Assembly: GCA_902384455.1 (NCBI GenBank)
Contig: CABMCB010000010.1
Coordinates: 1 to 57,674, forward strand
Direction: 5' to 3'
Length of the DNA stretch: 57,674 nt
Source of the DNA: an uncultured archaeon
GTDB lineage: Archaea > Altiarchaeota > Altiarchaeia > IMC4 > SCGC-AAA252-I15
In this document: one piece after another, positions 27,311 through 35,844 of the stretch
Layout of the letters: every line of letters begins with the position of its first letter
Numbering within the stretch: the first letter of the stretch is position 1
Notes under the pieces: generated by a model
Seen by the model: only the letters and a program-made list of their open reading frames with translations
Told to the model about the DNA's origin: nothing
The model's database searches: none
Translations under genes and position numbers: made by a program

Positions 27311-27957
27311 GCGAGGAGAATAAGATGAAGCTGTGGGTTGTGAGCGACACACACTGGAATGAAAAGGATGGAAGTCCTATGCGGACCCACTGTCTTCGTC
27401 CACCTGATTATACCCGCATCAGCTTGAAACGCTGGAACGAGACAGTTCGCCCAGAAGACACCGTAATACACTTGGGCGACGTAATCAACGGAACGAAGCG
27501 CGAGGTGAAGGCAATCCTTGATTCGCTTCACGGCAAAAAGATACACGTTCGAGGCAACCATGACAGAGACAAGGCGTGCTCTTGGTGGATGGATAACGGC
27601 TTCGCATTTTCGTGCGACTGGTTCGTTCTTCGAAATGTTCTTTTCACGCATGAGCCTGCCAACGCAATAACGAAGTCGAATGGAAATCGTCCATACGATA
27701 TGCTGGAAGAGGGCCTTCCATACGGCTGTGAGCTAAACGTTCACGGACACCTTCATAATGTGTGGAACGGCTTCATGGATGAAGAGCGCTATGAGCGCGA
27801 CAAGGCGCTGCTCGGGATAGACTTCAAGAAGCAGTTGCGTTACCCGTGGCAGCGTTTGTTCGCGATAGAATACACGGACTATCGACCGGTTGAACTGGGC
27901 AAATTTCTTGCTCATCCGCAAAAGTATCAATCTACTGAGCCGAAGAAGGCCGAATGA
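27307..27957 (+). CDS. Calcineurin-like metallophosphoesterase
   Basis: SDTH, HLGD, GNHD, THEP and HGHLH motifs. Confidence 0.9.
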   Translation: MSEENKMKLWVVSDTHWNEKDGSPMRTHCLRPPDYTRISLKRWNETVRPEDTVIHLGDVINGTKREVKAILDSLHGKKIHVRGNHDRDKACSWWMDNGFAFSCDWFVLRNVLFTHEPANAITKSNGNRPYDMLEEGLPYGCELNVHGHLHNVWNGFMDEERYERDKALLGIDFKKQLRYPWQRLFAIEYTDYRPVELGKFLAHPQKYQSTEPKKAE

Positions 27958-27976
27958 GGAGCGAGGAGCATAGCTT

Positions 27977-28453
27977 ATGACAAACTTTCAAATTGCTGTT
28001 CAAAAGACGTTGGCCCACGAAGGCGGTTATGTCAACAACCCGAATGACCGGGGCGGACCAACAAAATATGGCATTACCCAATCCGACATGCCGGGAGTGG
28101 ACATTGCATCCATTACTCCGGCGCAGGCCGTTTCTTATTACAGCGAGAAGTATTGGAAGCCGCTGTATTCAGAAATCAATGACCAGCTACTCGGGGAGAA
28201 GTTATTCGATATGGGCGTTCTCTTCGGCGTCGGAACTGCGGTGAAACTGCTTCAAATTAGTTTGACAGAGGGCGGCAAAATCTCTTTAGTTTCGGATGGT
28301 GTGTTCGGCCCGATTACTTTAGCGGACACAAATCAGCGGGGAAGCTTAGAGGAGTATCGCACCGTCTTAGTTCGACATGCTGTTGATGTCGTTAATCGTA
28401 ACCCGCAAGATGGCGTCTTTCTACAAGGCTGGCTCAATAGGATTGCCGCGTGA
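27977..28453 (+). CDS. Endolysin, glycoside hydrolase family 108
   Basis: HEGGYVNNPNDRGGPTKYGIT, DGVFGPIT and FLQGWLNR motifs. Confidence 0.92.
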   Translation: MTNFQIAVQKTLAHEGGYVNNPNDRGGPTKYGITQSDMPGVDIASITPAQAVSYYSEKYWKPLYSEINDQLLGEKLFDMGVLFGVGTAVKLLQISLTEGGKISLVSDGVFGPITLADTNQRGSLEEYRTVLVRHAVDVVNRNPQDGVFLQGWLNRIAA

Positions 28454-28851
28454 TAACAATGGGCCGAGAGTGGATGAATAAGTTGAAGGTGTGGCTTCGT
28501 TCTTCGAAACACTCGGACACGCCGCGAGATGTTTTTATTAACGTTACCGGATACGACCGAGTTCGTACCGTGTTGATAGGCCGCTGTCGAGTTTGTGACT
28601 ACGTCATATCATCCGACCCTGAAAAGGTGCGTGAAATTGTCTATGATTGCGGCAACGTGAGGTGCTGCGTACCGACCGGGTATCGTAGCCCAGCGAACGC
28701 GCATGCGGTCTGCAACCTGTGCTATGATATGTTTCACGCGCTGTATGTCAATTACAAGATGACAAACATGAATTACTTCAAAGAGCTTGACGAGCGGGAA
28801 AAAAGAGACAAAGGCGATGACCCGAAGCGTCGCGATAGGATGGGATTATGA
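28450..28851 (+). CDS. Cys-rich hypothetical protein
   Basis: CRVC and CNLC motifs. Confidence 0.55.
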   Translation: MITMGREWMNKLKVWLRSSKHSDTPRDVFINVTGYDRVRTVLIGRCRVCDYVISSDPEKVREIVYDCGNVRCCVPTGYRSPANAHAVCNLCYDMFHALYVNYKMTNMNYFKELDEREKRDKGDDPKRRDRMGL

Positions 28852-29063
28852 AACATAGAATTGAGACGATTGCATTCAGCCAAGGGTGGTTGGGCAATCA
28901 GTTGGAGCAGGCCGCGAAAGAAGAGATGAGCGAAGGCGCTACCGCCGTCGGTCAACAAGTATTAGACCAGTGGCGCGTCATTGACGAAGGCTTGGACGAC
29001 CTTATTCAAGAGAACCAAGAGTTACGGCGTCGTCTTGCCGCCGTGCAAGACGCGCTTAAGTGA
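28848..29063 (+). CDS. Small coiled-coil hypothetical protein
   Basis: ATGA-coupled 71-aa ORF. Confidence 0.6.
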   Translation: MKHRIETIAFSQGWLGNQLEQAAKEEMSEGATAVGQQVLDQWRVIDEGLDDLIQENQELRRRLAAVQDALK

Positions 29064-29584
29064 ATATACGTTATGTAAACGGACGATTCGAGGCGGAGTT
29101 CTCCGATTTTAGCGGGGACATGGCCGCTGTCAAGGCTGCCGGGTGGAAGTGTGACGGCCCTCCCGGCTGGACATGGCATTCCCGTACTGCCGCCGGTGTT
29201 GTTCGACTTCGTGAGAAGCATCGTCCTGCTAGCGGACTTACTATCACGCCCGAGGCTAAAGCAGCGTTTGCTTCTCTTCTCAAATGCGAGGAGCAAAATG
29301 CGGAGGTAAAAAAGCAGCTACAAAAAGCCCGCAAAGAAACTGAGAAGAAGCGCATATCAGAAGACCCCGCCAACGAAATCCCCATCCCTGAGAAAGGCTA
29401 CATCGGCAAGGAAGACCTCAGCCCATCAAAGGTCAGCTACACCCCGTACGCTCCCCCTCCCAAACCTGCCACGTTGTGCGTTTACTGCGGGGACCCTGTT
29501 TATGCCCTGTTTGACCGGACGGAGCCTTACCCATATTGCTTGTGGTGCGAAAAAACAGTACTTGACAAATGCGACGGTTTTTGA
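29060..29584 (+). CDS. Hypothetical protein with C-terminal zinc finger
   Basis: CVYC...CLWC. Confidence 0.65.
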   Translation: MNIRYVNGRFEAEFSDFSGDMAAVKAAGWKCDGPPGWTWHSRTAAGVVRLREKHRPASGLTITPEAKAAFASLLKCEEQNAEVKKQLQKARKETEKKRISEDPANEIPIPEKGYIGKEDLSPSKVSYTPYAPPPKPATLCVYCGDPVYALFDRTEPYPYCLWCEKTVLDKCDGF

Positions 29585-29590
29585 TACTAC
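29562..29590 (+). promoter_or_regulatory. Possible sigma70-like promoter for the Ig-like cassette
   Basis: TTGACA, 17-nt spacer ending TGA, then TACTAC (weak -10). Confidence 0.5.
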
Positions 29591-29606
29591 TTTAATAGGG
29601 GGATTT

Positions 29607-29930
29607 ATGAGGCTGCTATTTGTTCTTTTCTTAACGCTCGCGTTGTGCGGCTGTGCATCGTCTCCGCCGCCGCCCTCCGTGTTGCAAATAACTACTCAGA
29701 CCCTCTCGCCCGCCTTCACTGGAAAGACTTATACCCAGCAACTGACCGCCTCCGGCGGGACAGCCCCGTATATTTGGAGCGCTACGAACCTCCCGAAAGG
29801 CTTAGCGCTTTCTTCGTCCGGTGTTCTGTCCGGTGTTCCCGAGGTTCCGGGTCAATATCAGTTAACGATTCAGGTCGTGGATTCAAAACTCGCGGCAGTA
29901 AACTTGAAAATTGATTGGAGAAAATCATGA
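29607..29930 (+). CDS. Lipoprotein with one putative Ig (He_PIG-like) domain
   Basis: Lipobox LALCG-C; LTASGGTAPY, LPKGLALSSSGVLSGVP. Confidence 0.8.
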   Translation: MRLLFVLFLTLALCGCASSPPPPSVLQITTQTLSPAFTGKTYTQQLTASGGTAPYIWSATNLPKGLALSSSGVLSGVPEVPGQYQLTIQVVDSKLAAVNLKIDWRKS

Positions 29931-30592
29931 AATTGAAAAACGTTTTAGGGGTTCTCTTGTTTTTGTTTTCTGCGTTTTCCGCCTTCGGGCAGGACAAAGC
30001 GGTGAAACAATTGACGCTCGTGGTTAATCCGGGTGTTGTCTCAATTACGCCCGCCGTCGTTCCGGGGGGAATGGTCGGCTTAGCGTACACGACCACACTC
30101 ACCGCCTCCGGCGGACTGGGGCCGTACACGTTTAGCTTGACCACCGGCACGCTTCCTTCCGGTCTAGCATTAACCGCCGCTGGTGTTATCTCCGGTACCC
30201 CAACGGTTGCCGGTGCGAGCACATTTGCGGTGCAGGTAGCGGACTCCGAAGTTCCAGCTATTACGGCGTCGCAGTCTTATACAATCACTGTCGTCCCTAC
30301 GCTCGCTATTACGACTACCGGCTTGCCAGCGGCTAACATCGGCGTGGCTTATACAACCTCGATTGCCGCTACCGGGGGCGTTGCTCCATACACATTTGCC
30401 GTGACCGCCGGTTCTCTACCGGCTGGTTTGACACTCACCCCGTCCGGTACCCTCGCTGGAACCCCAACCACCGCTGGGTCTTTCACATTCACCGTCACCG
30501 TCACCGACTCCGCAACGAATATCGTGCTTTTGGAGATTCGAGGCAAGGTAATCGTGGCCGGGTTGACGAAGGGAGAAGTCGGGAAGTCATGA
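29927..30592 (+). CDS. Secreted protein with two putative Ig (He_PIG-like) domains
   Basis: Signal peptide ending AFG/Q; two repeats of (A/T)xGGxxPYTF...GxLPxGLxL...GxxxGTPTxAG. Confidence 0.85.
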   Translation: MKLKNVLGVLLFLFSAFSAFGQDKAVKQLTLVVNPGVVSITPAVVPGGMVGLAYTTTLTASGGLGPYTFSLTTGTLPSGLALTAAGVISGTPTVAGASTFAVQVADSEVPAITASQSYTITVVPTLAITTTGLPAANIGVAYTTSIAATGGVAPYTFAVTAGSLPAGLTLTPSGTLAGTPTTAGSFTFTVTVTDSATNIVLLEIRGKVIVAGLTKGEVGKS

Positions 30593-30996
30593 AGAGACTG
30601 ATTTTTGCACTCCTGCTGGCGGCACTCTCCGCCAGCGGGGGTGCCTCCCAAGACAAAACGTCCAGACCGCTGGTTGTTCTGGTCGGACACACGGTCACCA
30701 TGAGTTGGACGTATACAAACCCGGCTCTTTACGACGTTGACCATTACAACTTATATTCTTCTTCTATCAGCGGTGGCCCATATACGATTGTTGGAACTTC
30801 AACTACCATGCAGTATGCTGACTTAACTACGATAGCTGGTCATACCTACTACTACGTGGTAACCGCCGTCGCCGGTCCCAGAACAGACTGTTCCTTTCTT
30901 GTGGTTCCTACTCCGTGCCCCCCGACTCAGCAATGTTATTGCGGGGAGAGCGCGTACTCACCCCAGTCTGTTCCGGTAACAATACCCACACCGTAA
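30589..30996 (+). CDS. Secreted fibronectin type III-like protein
   Basis: Signal peptide; HTVTMSW, YNLY, GGPY, TYYYVVTAV and GESAYS motifs. Confidence 0.8.
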   Translation: MKRLIFALLLAALSASGGASQDKTSRPLVVLVGHTVTMSWTYTNPALYDVDHYNLYSSSISGGPYTIVGTSTTMQYADLTTIAGHTYYYVVTAVAGPRTDCSFLVVPTPCPPTQQCYCGESAYSPQSVPVTIPTP

Positions 30997-31003
30997 AATT
31001 GCC

Positions 31004-31032
31004 TTGACAACATCCGTAGAATCTGATAGTAT
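31004..31032 (+). promoter_or_regulatory. Sigma70-like promoter (extended -10)
   Basis: TTGACA, 17-nt spacer ending TGA, then TAGTAT. Confidence 0.8.
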
Positions 31033-31055
31033 TTAGTCTCAATAGGAGGTGACTC

Positions 31056-31442
31056 TTGTCACAGTTTACAGAACACGTAAAGGAACTCGCTAAACAAGAA
31101 GTCGCTGCGAAGAAGTTGGAATTACGCGCCGCCGCGCAGGATATTGTTGACATTGTACGACCGGGAGAAGCCGTTTCGGAGGTTGTAATCAACACCAACA
31201 CCGGCACCAGTGTGAAGGAAATCCTTGAGACGGCGGAGAGGTCCGCGTCTGAGTCGCTTATCCCCGAGGCCACAAAGATTAAGTACTTTTTGTACTACAC
31301 AGACCGCGAATTTGTGAAACGTTTTTACGACTACTACGACGCATTCGACACGCGCTTGGAGGCTTTGGATGCCCGTAAACAAGCAGAATGCCACGGTTTT
31401 TATAAATATTACATCTTTGCGACAGAAGTTCCGGCGGAGTAA
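31056..31442 (+). CDS. Hypothetical protein
   Basis: AGGAGGT RBS and TTG start. Confidence 0.7.
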   Translation: MSQFTEHVKELAKQEVAAKKLELRAAAQDIVDIVRPGEAVSEVVINTNTGTSVKEILETAERSASESLIPEATKIKYFLYYTDREFVKRFYDYYDAFDTRLEALDARKQAECHGFYKYYIFATEVPAE

Positions 31443-31645
31443 TGCACGAGTGCAAACAAACAGCCCCCAAATATAATTCAGACGGGACGGAGTCAGGTCA
31501 GTTTTATAACTATCTCTGCTCCCGCTGCGGAAGATGTTATGTTTGCAAGCACAAGGCGGTCCTTTTCGGTGACGGAACGTGGCACTGGAAGTGTCCGAAC
31601 GGAAAGTTTCAAGAACTGATATTCGATTGGAGGATTCGAGCATGA
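31442..31645 (+). CDS. Small Cys-rich protein
   Basis: CSRC, CYVC. Confidence 0.55.
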   Translation: MHECKQTAPKYNSDGTESGQFYNYLCSRCGRCYVCKHKAVLFGDGTWHWKCPNGKFQELIFDWRIRA

Positions 31646-32064
31646 GCGAACAAATAAAGTCAAACCAGAAGCGGCACCAGAAGCCCCACAAGTCCACGTC
31701 TTCGGTACCCACTGCGGAGGAGAAAGCGGCTGCTCTTGCTGCGACTGAAAAGCAGGCGGCTGAATTGAAAGCAGAGCAGGAGCGGGTGGCGTTGTACGGC
31801 GAGGCGGTCAAGCACATGTCTCATCGCCAACTTTGCGCTGAGTTGCAGAAGACACTCAACCGAGAGCGTGTCAAGGTCGGCAAGGGCATTTACGACCCCA
31901 TCCCCGGACTGACGGGGCTATATGCCACGGTCTTGCTCAATGTGTTGAACAACACAAAGACTCCTACCCGGGTATTCGAGGCCGACTCGGATGGAAAACC
32001 GACACGGGTAGGCAGGTTAGACCAGATTAACCAACTCGGGGCCTTGCCTCACTTTCTGAGATAG
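31642..32064 (+). CDS. Hypothetical protein
   Basis: GGAGG RBS and ATG at 31642. Confidence 0.65.
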   Translation: MSEQIKSNQKRHQKPHKSTSSVPTAEEKAAALAATEKQAAELKAEQERVALYGEAVKHMSHRQLCAELQKTLNRERVKVGKGIYDPIPGLTGLYATVLLNVLNNTKTPTRVFEADSDGKPTRVGRLDQINQLGALPHFLR

Positions 32065-32072
32065 GAGGACGT

Positions 32073-32441
32073 ATGGATTTTTCTGAATTAATAGGCAAAA
32101 CACTAACTGCCGTAATCTATGACGAGGACAGGGTTATTTTCCAAGTCTCAGAAAACGAGGCATACGTACTTTATCATGACCAAGACTGTTGTGAGATGGT
32201 GCGGCTGGAAGACGTAAATGGGGAGTGGGACGATTTAATCGGCTCACCTATCGTGAGAGCGGAAGAAAACTCCAAAAAAGACGTAGATTCTTTCAAGGAG
32301 CCTCCCAAAAACGAGGATGCGGAGGAGGAGGAATGGACCTTTTATCGTATCGGAACCAAGAAAGGCACAGTAGTGCTCCGCTGGTACGGCACATCTAATG
32401 GCTACTACAGCACAGCGGTTAACTTTGAGAGAGTGAACTGA
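32073..32441 (+). CDS. Conserved phage hypothetical protein
   Basis: HDQDCCE...WTFY...SNGYYS motif, recognisable from many phages. Confidence 0.75.
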   Translation: MDFSELIGKTLTAVIYDEDRVIFQVSENEAYVLYHDQDCCEMVRLEDVNGEWDDLIGSPIVRAEENSKKDVDSFKEPPKNEDAEEEEWTFYRIGTKKGTVVLRWYGTSNGYYSTAVNFERVN

Positions 32442-32596
32442 TGTGGAAACTTTTCTGCCCCCAGCACGGTATTCCTGCCTTTATATCTTGGATGTTTCTT
32501 GGCACAGATTCGCAAATTTTCTTCTCGACAATCCAAATGTTTTTCAGTAAAATAGTTGAGTTAGTAAATTTCATTAAGAGAAGACGGCAAGATTGA
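32441..32596 (+). CDS. Small hydrophobic protein (51 aa)
   Basis: TGATG overlap; MWKLFCPQHGIPAFISWMFLG... Confidence 0.4.
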   Translation: MWKLFCPQHGIPAFISWMFLGTDSQIFFSTIQMFFSKIVELVNFIKRRRQD

Positions 32597-32718
32597 GAGG
32601 ATAAAGTGAGCCTGCCAAACGAGAAGTTTATCCGAAAGAACTACAACACCCGCGTGGTGGGAGATGCACCGAACGGCGGGTCAAACAAATTGTCTGCGTC
32701 AAGGGACTAAGGGGGAGC

Positions 32719-32889
32719 ATGAGCGAATCGAAGAAATATCTAATCTCCGGGATTGTTGTGGATGCCGTTAAGTCGGAGGGCGGCGGATTCTATGATATTG
32801 TTATCGAGGCTACTGGAGAAAAATATCGTTTTCTTTCCGATGTCTTTGAGTCGGTAGCAAAGCCGTATAGCGAACAAGGGGATAACTAG
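32719..32889 (+). CDS. Small hypothetical protein (56 aa)
   Basis: GGGGGAG RBS; MSESKKYLISG... Confidence 0.55.
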   Translation: MSESKKYLISGIVVDAVKSEGGGFYDIVIEATGEKYRFLSDVFESVAKPYSEQGDN

Positions 32890-33236
32890 TGGTCGTCGGC
32901 TACCAACCGGGCGGCACAATCAAGGATGCTAGAATCATTCTCGCAGAAGGTGAGACGCTGCCTAACAGCTTCAACACCGCGCTCACCGTTGTCTGGCGTC
33001 GAAGCCAATCAACGGACTGGCAGCTACTTTTGTTGAAGGATGTCGGCGAGATTTTACCGGGAGATGACCCTCTGCTATCTGAGCTGCCCGGTTATTTACC
33101 CTTGACAACCACGGAGAAAGAGAGTAGTATGTATGAGCATGCAGACATTATTGCGATTGATGAAGACAGCTTTAGCGATAACGGCGATACTAGCAATGGG
33201 GGCAGTGATTTGGTTCCTGATGGGCGCGACGTTTAG
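32889..33236 (+). CDS. Hypothetical protein
   Basis: GTG start overlapping the upstream TAG; the 3' part overlaps a promoter and a small ORF. Confidence 0.45.
   Translation: MVVGYQPGGTIKDARIILAEGETLPNSFNTALTVVWRRSQSTDWQLLLLKDVGEILPGDDPLLSELPGYLPLTTTEKESSMYEHADIIAIDEDSFSDNGDTSNGGSDLVPDGRDV
33102..33130 (+). promoter_or_regulatory. Sigma70-like promoter
   Basis: TTGACA, 17-nt spacer, TAGTAT. Confidence 0.75.
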
Positions 33237-33258
33237 CGGAAATTGGAGGCCACATTGA
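33139..33258 (+). CDS. Small single-pass membrane protein (39 aa)
   Basis: MQTLLRLMKTALAITAILAMGAVIWFLMGATFSGNWRPH, directly after the promoter. Confidence 0.5.
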   Translation: MQTLLRLMKTALAITAILAMGAVIWFLMGATFSGNWRPH

Positions 33259-33410
33259 ATCATGTCATGCCGTACCCGTTCCGAAAGGACGGCACCCTGA
33301 CCGTGACCAGCGAGCAAATTTTGGCTCGGCTTGCGACTATCGCGAATAAGAAGGCCGAGATAGAAACAGCTTTTGAGCAGTTCAAGAAGCAATTTGAGGG
33401 AAAGGCGTGA
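33255..33410 (+). CDS. Small hypothetical protein
   Basis: GGAGG RBS, TTG start, GTGA overlap with the next gene. Confidence 0.5.
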   Translation: MNHVMPYPFRKDGTLTVTSEQILARLATIANKKAEIETAFEQFKKQFEGKA

Positions 33411-33883
33411 GTATAAAAACAAAGATTCTGCTCACGATTGCCTCAGTAGTTCTGTGCTCGTGGTTGTTTGGATGTGGGGCGCAGAAAGTAAGTACGCGGC
33501 AGCCGGAACTCTCTGACGGTTCCGATACCAACCTTACTTTTCTCTCGGTTGCACACAGCGCTTACAACGAGGAATATTTTGGCGGCAAGTTAAGAGCGCA
33601 CATCGGTTTAGACGAGACGCAGTACATGGCGTCCACGATATGTGAAGACGACGGCTCCGACTGTCGCATTAACTTTAATCTTAGATACACCGTTGCCCCT
33701 CGGGTTGCGCTCATCACAATGCTACACGAAATGTGCCACGAAAAAACTTGGATGCAGGACAAAGACATGCTAGGTAAGCAAATCGGGCACGGGTATCACT
33801 GGCGTTCTTGTATGGTTCTCTTGGATGCGGAAGGCGCGTTTCGAAAAATTATCATTGACAACTACTCAGAGCAAGTGAGATAA
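33407..33883 (+). CDS. SprT-like zinc metalloprotease with lipoprotein signal
   Basis: YNEEYFGGKL, TMLHEMCHE and HGYHWR motifs; N-terminal hydrophobic segment ending LFG-C. Confidence 0.75.
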   Translation: MSIKTKILLTIASVVLCSWLFGCGAQKVSTRQPELSDGSDTNLTFLSVAHSAYNEEYFGGKLRAHIGLDETQYMASTICEDDGSDCRINFNLRYTVAPRVALITMLHEMCHEKTWMQDKDMLGKQIGHGYHWRSCMVLLDAEGAFRKIIIDNYSEQVR

Positions 33884-33913
33884 TTGTGTGAAATTGAGTT
33901 TAAGGAGACCACC

Positions 33914-34447
33914 GTGAGTGAAACAAGGAAGAAGACATTGCTTTACAAACTGACGGACGCTAACGGCCAGACGTACAACCACACCCAATGGGATGAAGGC
34001 GTCACACATGAGACCTCCGGCGAGGGCGAGCTATGCGGTCCCGGCTGGATACACGCCTACACCAGTCCGCTGCTTGCCGTGTTCCTCAACCCGATACACG
34101 GTCGTTTCAAAAACCCGCAACTCTGGGAGTGCATCGGCGAGGGGCTGGAAAAATCGGACTACGGGCTGAAAGTAGGCCGTACGCGAATCACAACAGTGAA
34201 GCGTATTCCGTTGCCCGTCGTGACGACAAACCAGCGAATTGCATTCAGTATCTTGGCTGTTCTGGAAGTGTACAAAGAACCCAGCTTCGTATTGTGGACA
34301 AACAACTGGCTCTCCGGCAAAGACCGCACTGCGGCTGATGCGGAGGCTGTTGTGAGGTCTGCGTGGTCTGTTGCGGCTGATGCGGCTGTTGCGGGGTCTG
34401 TCTTGGACCTGCAATCGCTTGCCGAAAAAGCGCTCACGTATAGCTGA
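33914..34447 (+). CDS. Conserved phage hypothetical protein
   Basis: AAGGAG RBS and GTG start; LYKLTD...LCGPGWIHAY, Ala-rich C-terminus. Confidence 0.7.
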   Translation: MSETRKKTLLYKLTDANGQTYNHTQWDEGVTHETSGEGELCGPGWIHAYTSPLLAVFLNPIHGRFKNPQLWECIGEGLEKSDYGLKVGRTRITTVKRIPLPVVTTNQRIAFSILAVLEVYKEPSFVLWTNNWLSGKDRTAADAEAVVRSAWSVAADAAVAGSVLDLQSLAEKALTYS

Positions 34448-34483
34448 AAGCTCTAGAGGTGCGCAAGGTGGAAGGGATTGAGT

Positions 34484-34639
34484 TTCACGCGATGGCAGGA
34501 GGCGCGTAGCGCCGAGCGTTTCGCGTGAGTGTGGTGGGCGCTGTGACACTGTTAGGCACGGAAACACGAACGGATAGCGTATCACTTTGGTTTATACCGT
34601 GCTTGGGTGAATACGTGCCGGGGCCAGCGCCCCATCACA
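34484..34639 (+). ncRNA. Candidate structured RNA element upstream of the ASCH gene
   Basis: Helices 34484-34492/34521-34529, 34501-34505/34509-34513, 34530-34543/34625-34639 and 34553-34561/34597-34605. Confidence 0.55.
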
Positions 34640-34673
34640 AAAATTGAGTTTTGATTGCGTACAGGAGGAAAGG

Positions 34674-35099
34674 ATGAAGGCCTTAACTCTTACAGAACCC
34701 TGGGCAACTCTAATGGCTCTCCAAGAAAAAAGAGTGGAGACACGTTCTTGGAAATTACCTGACTGCATGGTCGGCCAGAACGCGGTGATTCACTCAGCGA
34801 AGGGGTATCCCCGTTGGGCGAAGGAGACTTGCCTGCAAGAGCCGTTCTACTCGGCATTGAGGCCCGGTGGAAAGTACGTAGAACCAGAATTGCACACGGG
34901 TAGTGGACTGTGCGTGGTCAAGTTTATTGGCTGCCGATACACACAAGATGTCCGTGCTCAGTTAAGCGAAAAGGAGGTTTTGTTCGGGGATTATTCGGAC
35001 GGAAGATTTGCATGGTTCACAGAGTTTGTGGAGCGATGGGAAACGCCCGTGCCAAAGACTGGTCATTTAGGTTTTTGGGAGTGGCAGCAGGAGGGATGA
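34674..35099 (+). CDS. ASCH-domain protein
   Basis: MKALTLTEPWATL...KRVETRSW, IHSAK and GHLGFWE motifs; AGGAGG RBS. Confidence 0.88.
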   Translation: MKALTLTEPWATLMALQEKRVETRSWKLPDCMVGQNAVIHSAKGYPRWAKETCLQEPFYSALRPGGKYVEPELHTGSGLCVVKFIGCRYTQDVRAQLSEKEVLFGDYSDGRFAWFTEFVERWETPVPKTGHLGFWEWQQEG

Positions 35100-35100
35100 G

Positions 35101-35439
35101 ATGGAAGGGAAATGGACGAAGGGACCGTGGAAGGTTGTGGATGAGCTAGACGTTATTACGTCTGGCAGAGAGCCAATCGAAATAGCCACGTGTGGAACTT
35201 CTATTCAGGAGTTCTACGAAACAGCTAAAGCCAACACCACTCTCATCGCGCAAGCGCCAACACTCTACGAGGCGCTAGAGGCCGCCCTTCCAAAACTGGC
35301 ACACGGTATAGAGTGTGCGGAGATGCGTCCAGCAGGAAAATGGGAAGAGGCTGGTGGCAGCATATCTTTTGACAGGTGTTGTTGCTTAATCAAAAGAATA
35401 GAATCTGTGCTAGCAGCAGCGAGAGGGGAGAAGCCATGA
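35101..35439 (+). CDS. Phage hypothetical protein
   Basis: TKGPW...ANTTLIAQAPTLYEALE motif common in phage accessory genes. Confidence 0.7.
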   Translation: MEGKWTKGPWKVVDELDVITSGREPIEIATCGTSIQEFYETAKANTTLIAQAPTLYEALEAALPKLAHGIECAEMRPAGKWEEAGGSISFDRCCCLIKRIESVLAAARGEKP

Positions 35440-35485
35440 TTGGTAATCCGTTTGAGAAGAAAGTGAAAAAGAGAAAGGTGCGGCT

Positions 35486-35614
35486 GTGAACGCTATTGAC
35501 ATTGCACTTATCACAATTTCTGCGTCTTTTGGTCTGTTTGTTTGTATTTGCGCGGTGTCTGCTTTTTCTGATGAGCTTATCCAGATAATTCGCGCATGGA
35601 GGGAGCGGCCATGA
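35486..35614 (+). CDS. Small membrane protein (42 aa)
   Basis: GTG start after AAAGGTG; hydrophobic stretch; ATGA overlap downstream. Confidence 0.45.
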   Translation: MNAIDIALITISASFGLFVCICAVSAFSDELIQIIRAWRERP

Positions 35615-35844
35615 AGCGCAAGGTGGATAAGTACGACCGAATGGCCATGACCCTCGACAGCATGATTGATAGTTGGGGGAGGCTGAATTTGAAAAAGGCG
35701 GCTACTCTCTTGCGTCAAGTGGCGAAACGGGCAGAAGCGAAGGGGTATGCAGACGGGGAGGCCGGACGTGTCCCTGCGGGTGGATGGGTCACTAGTGCAA
35801 AGTACGAAGTCGATTTGAAGAGAGCGCGAAGAGGTGCCAAGTGA
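35611..35844 (+). CDS. Hypothetical protein
   Basis: GGAG RBS; coupled ORFs on both sides. Confidence 0.55.
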   Translation: MKRKVDKYDRMAMTLDSMIDSWGRLNLKKAATLLRQVAKRAEAKGYADGEAGRVPAGGWVTSAKYEVDLKRARRGAK

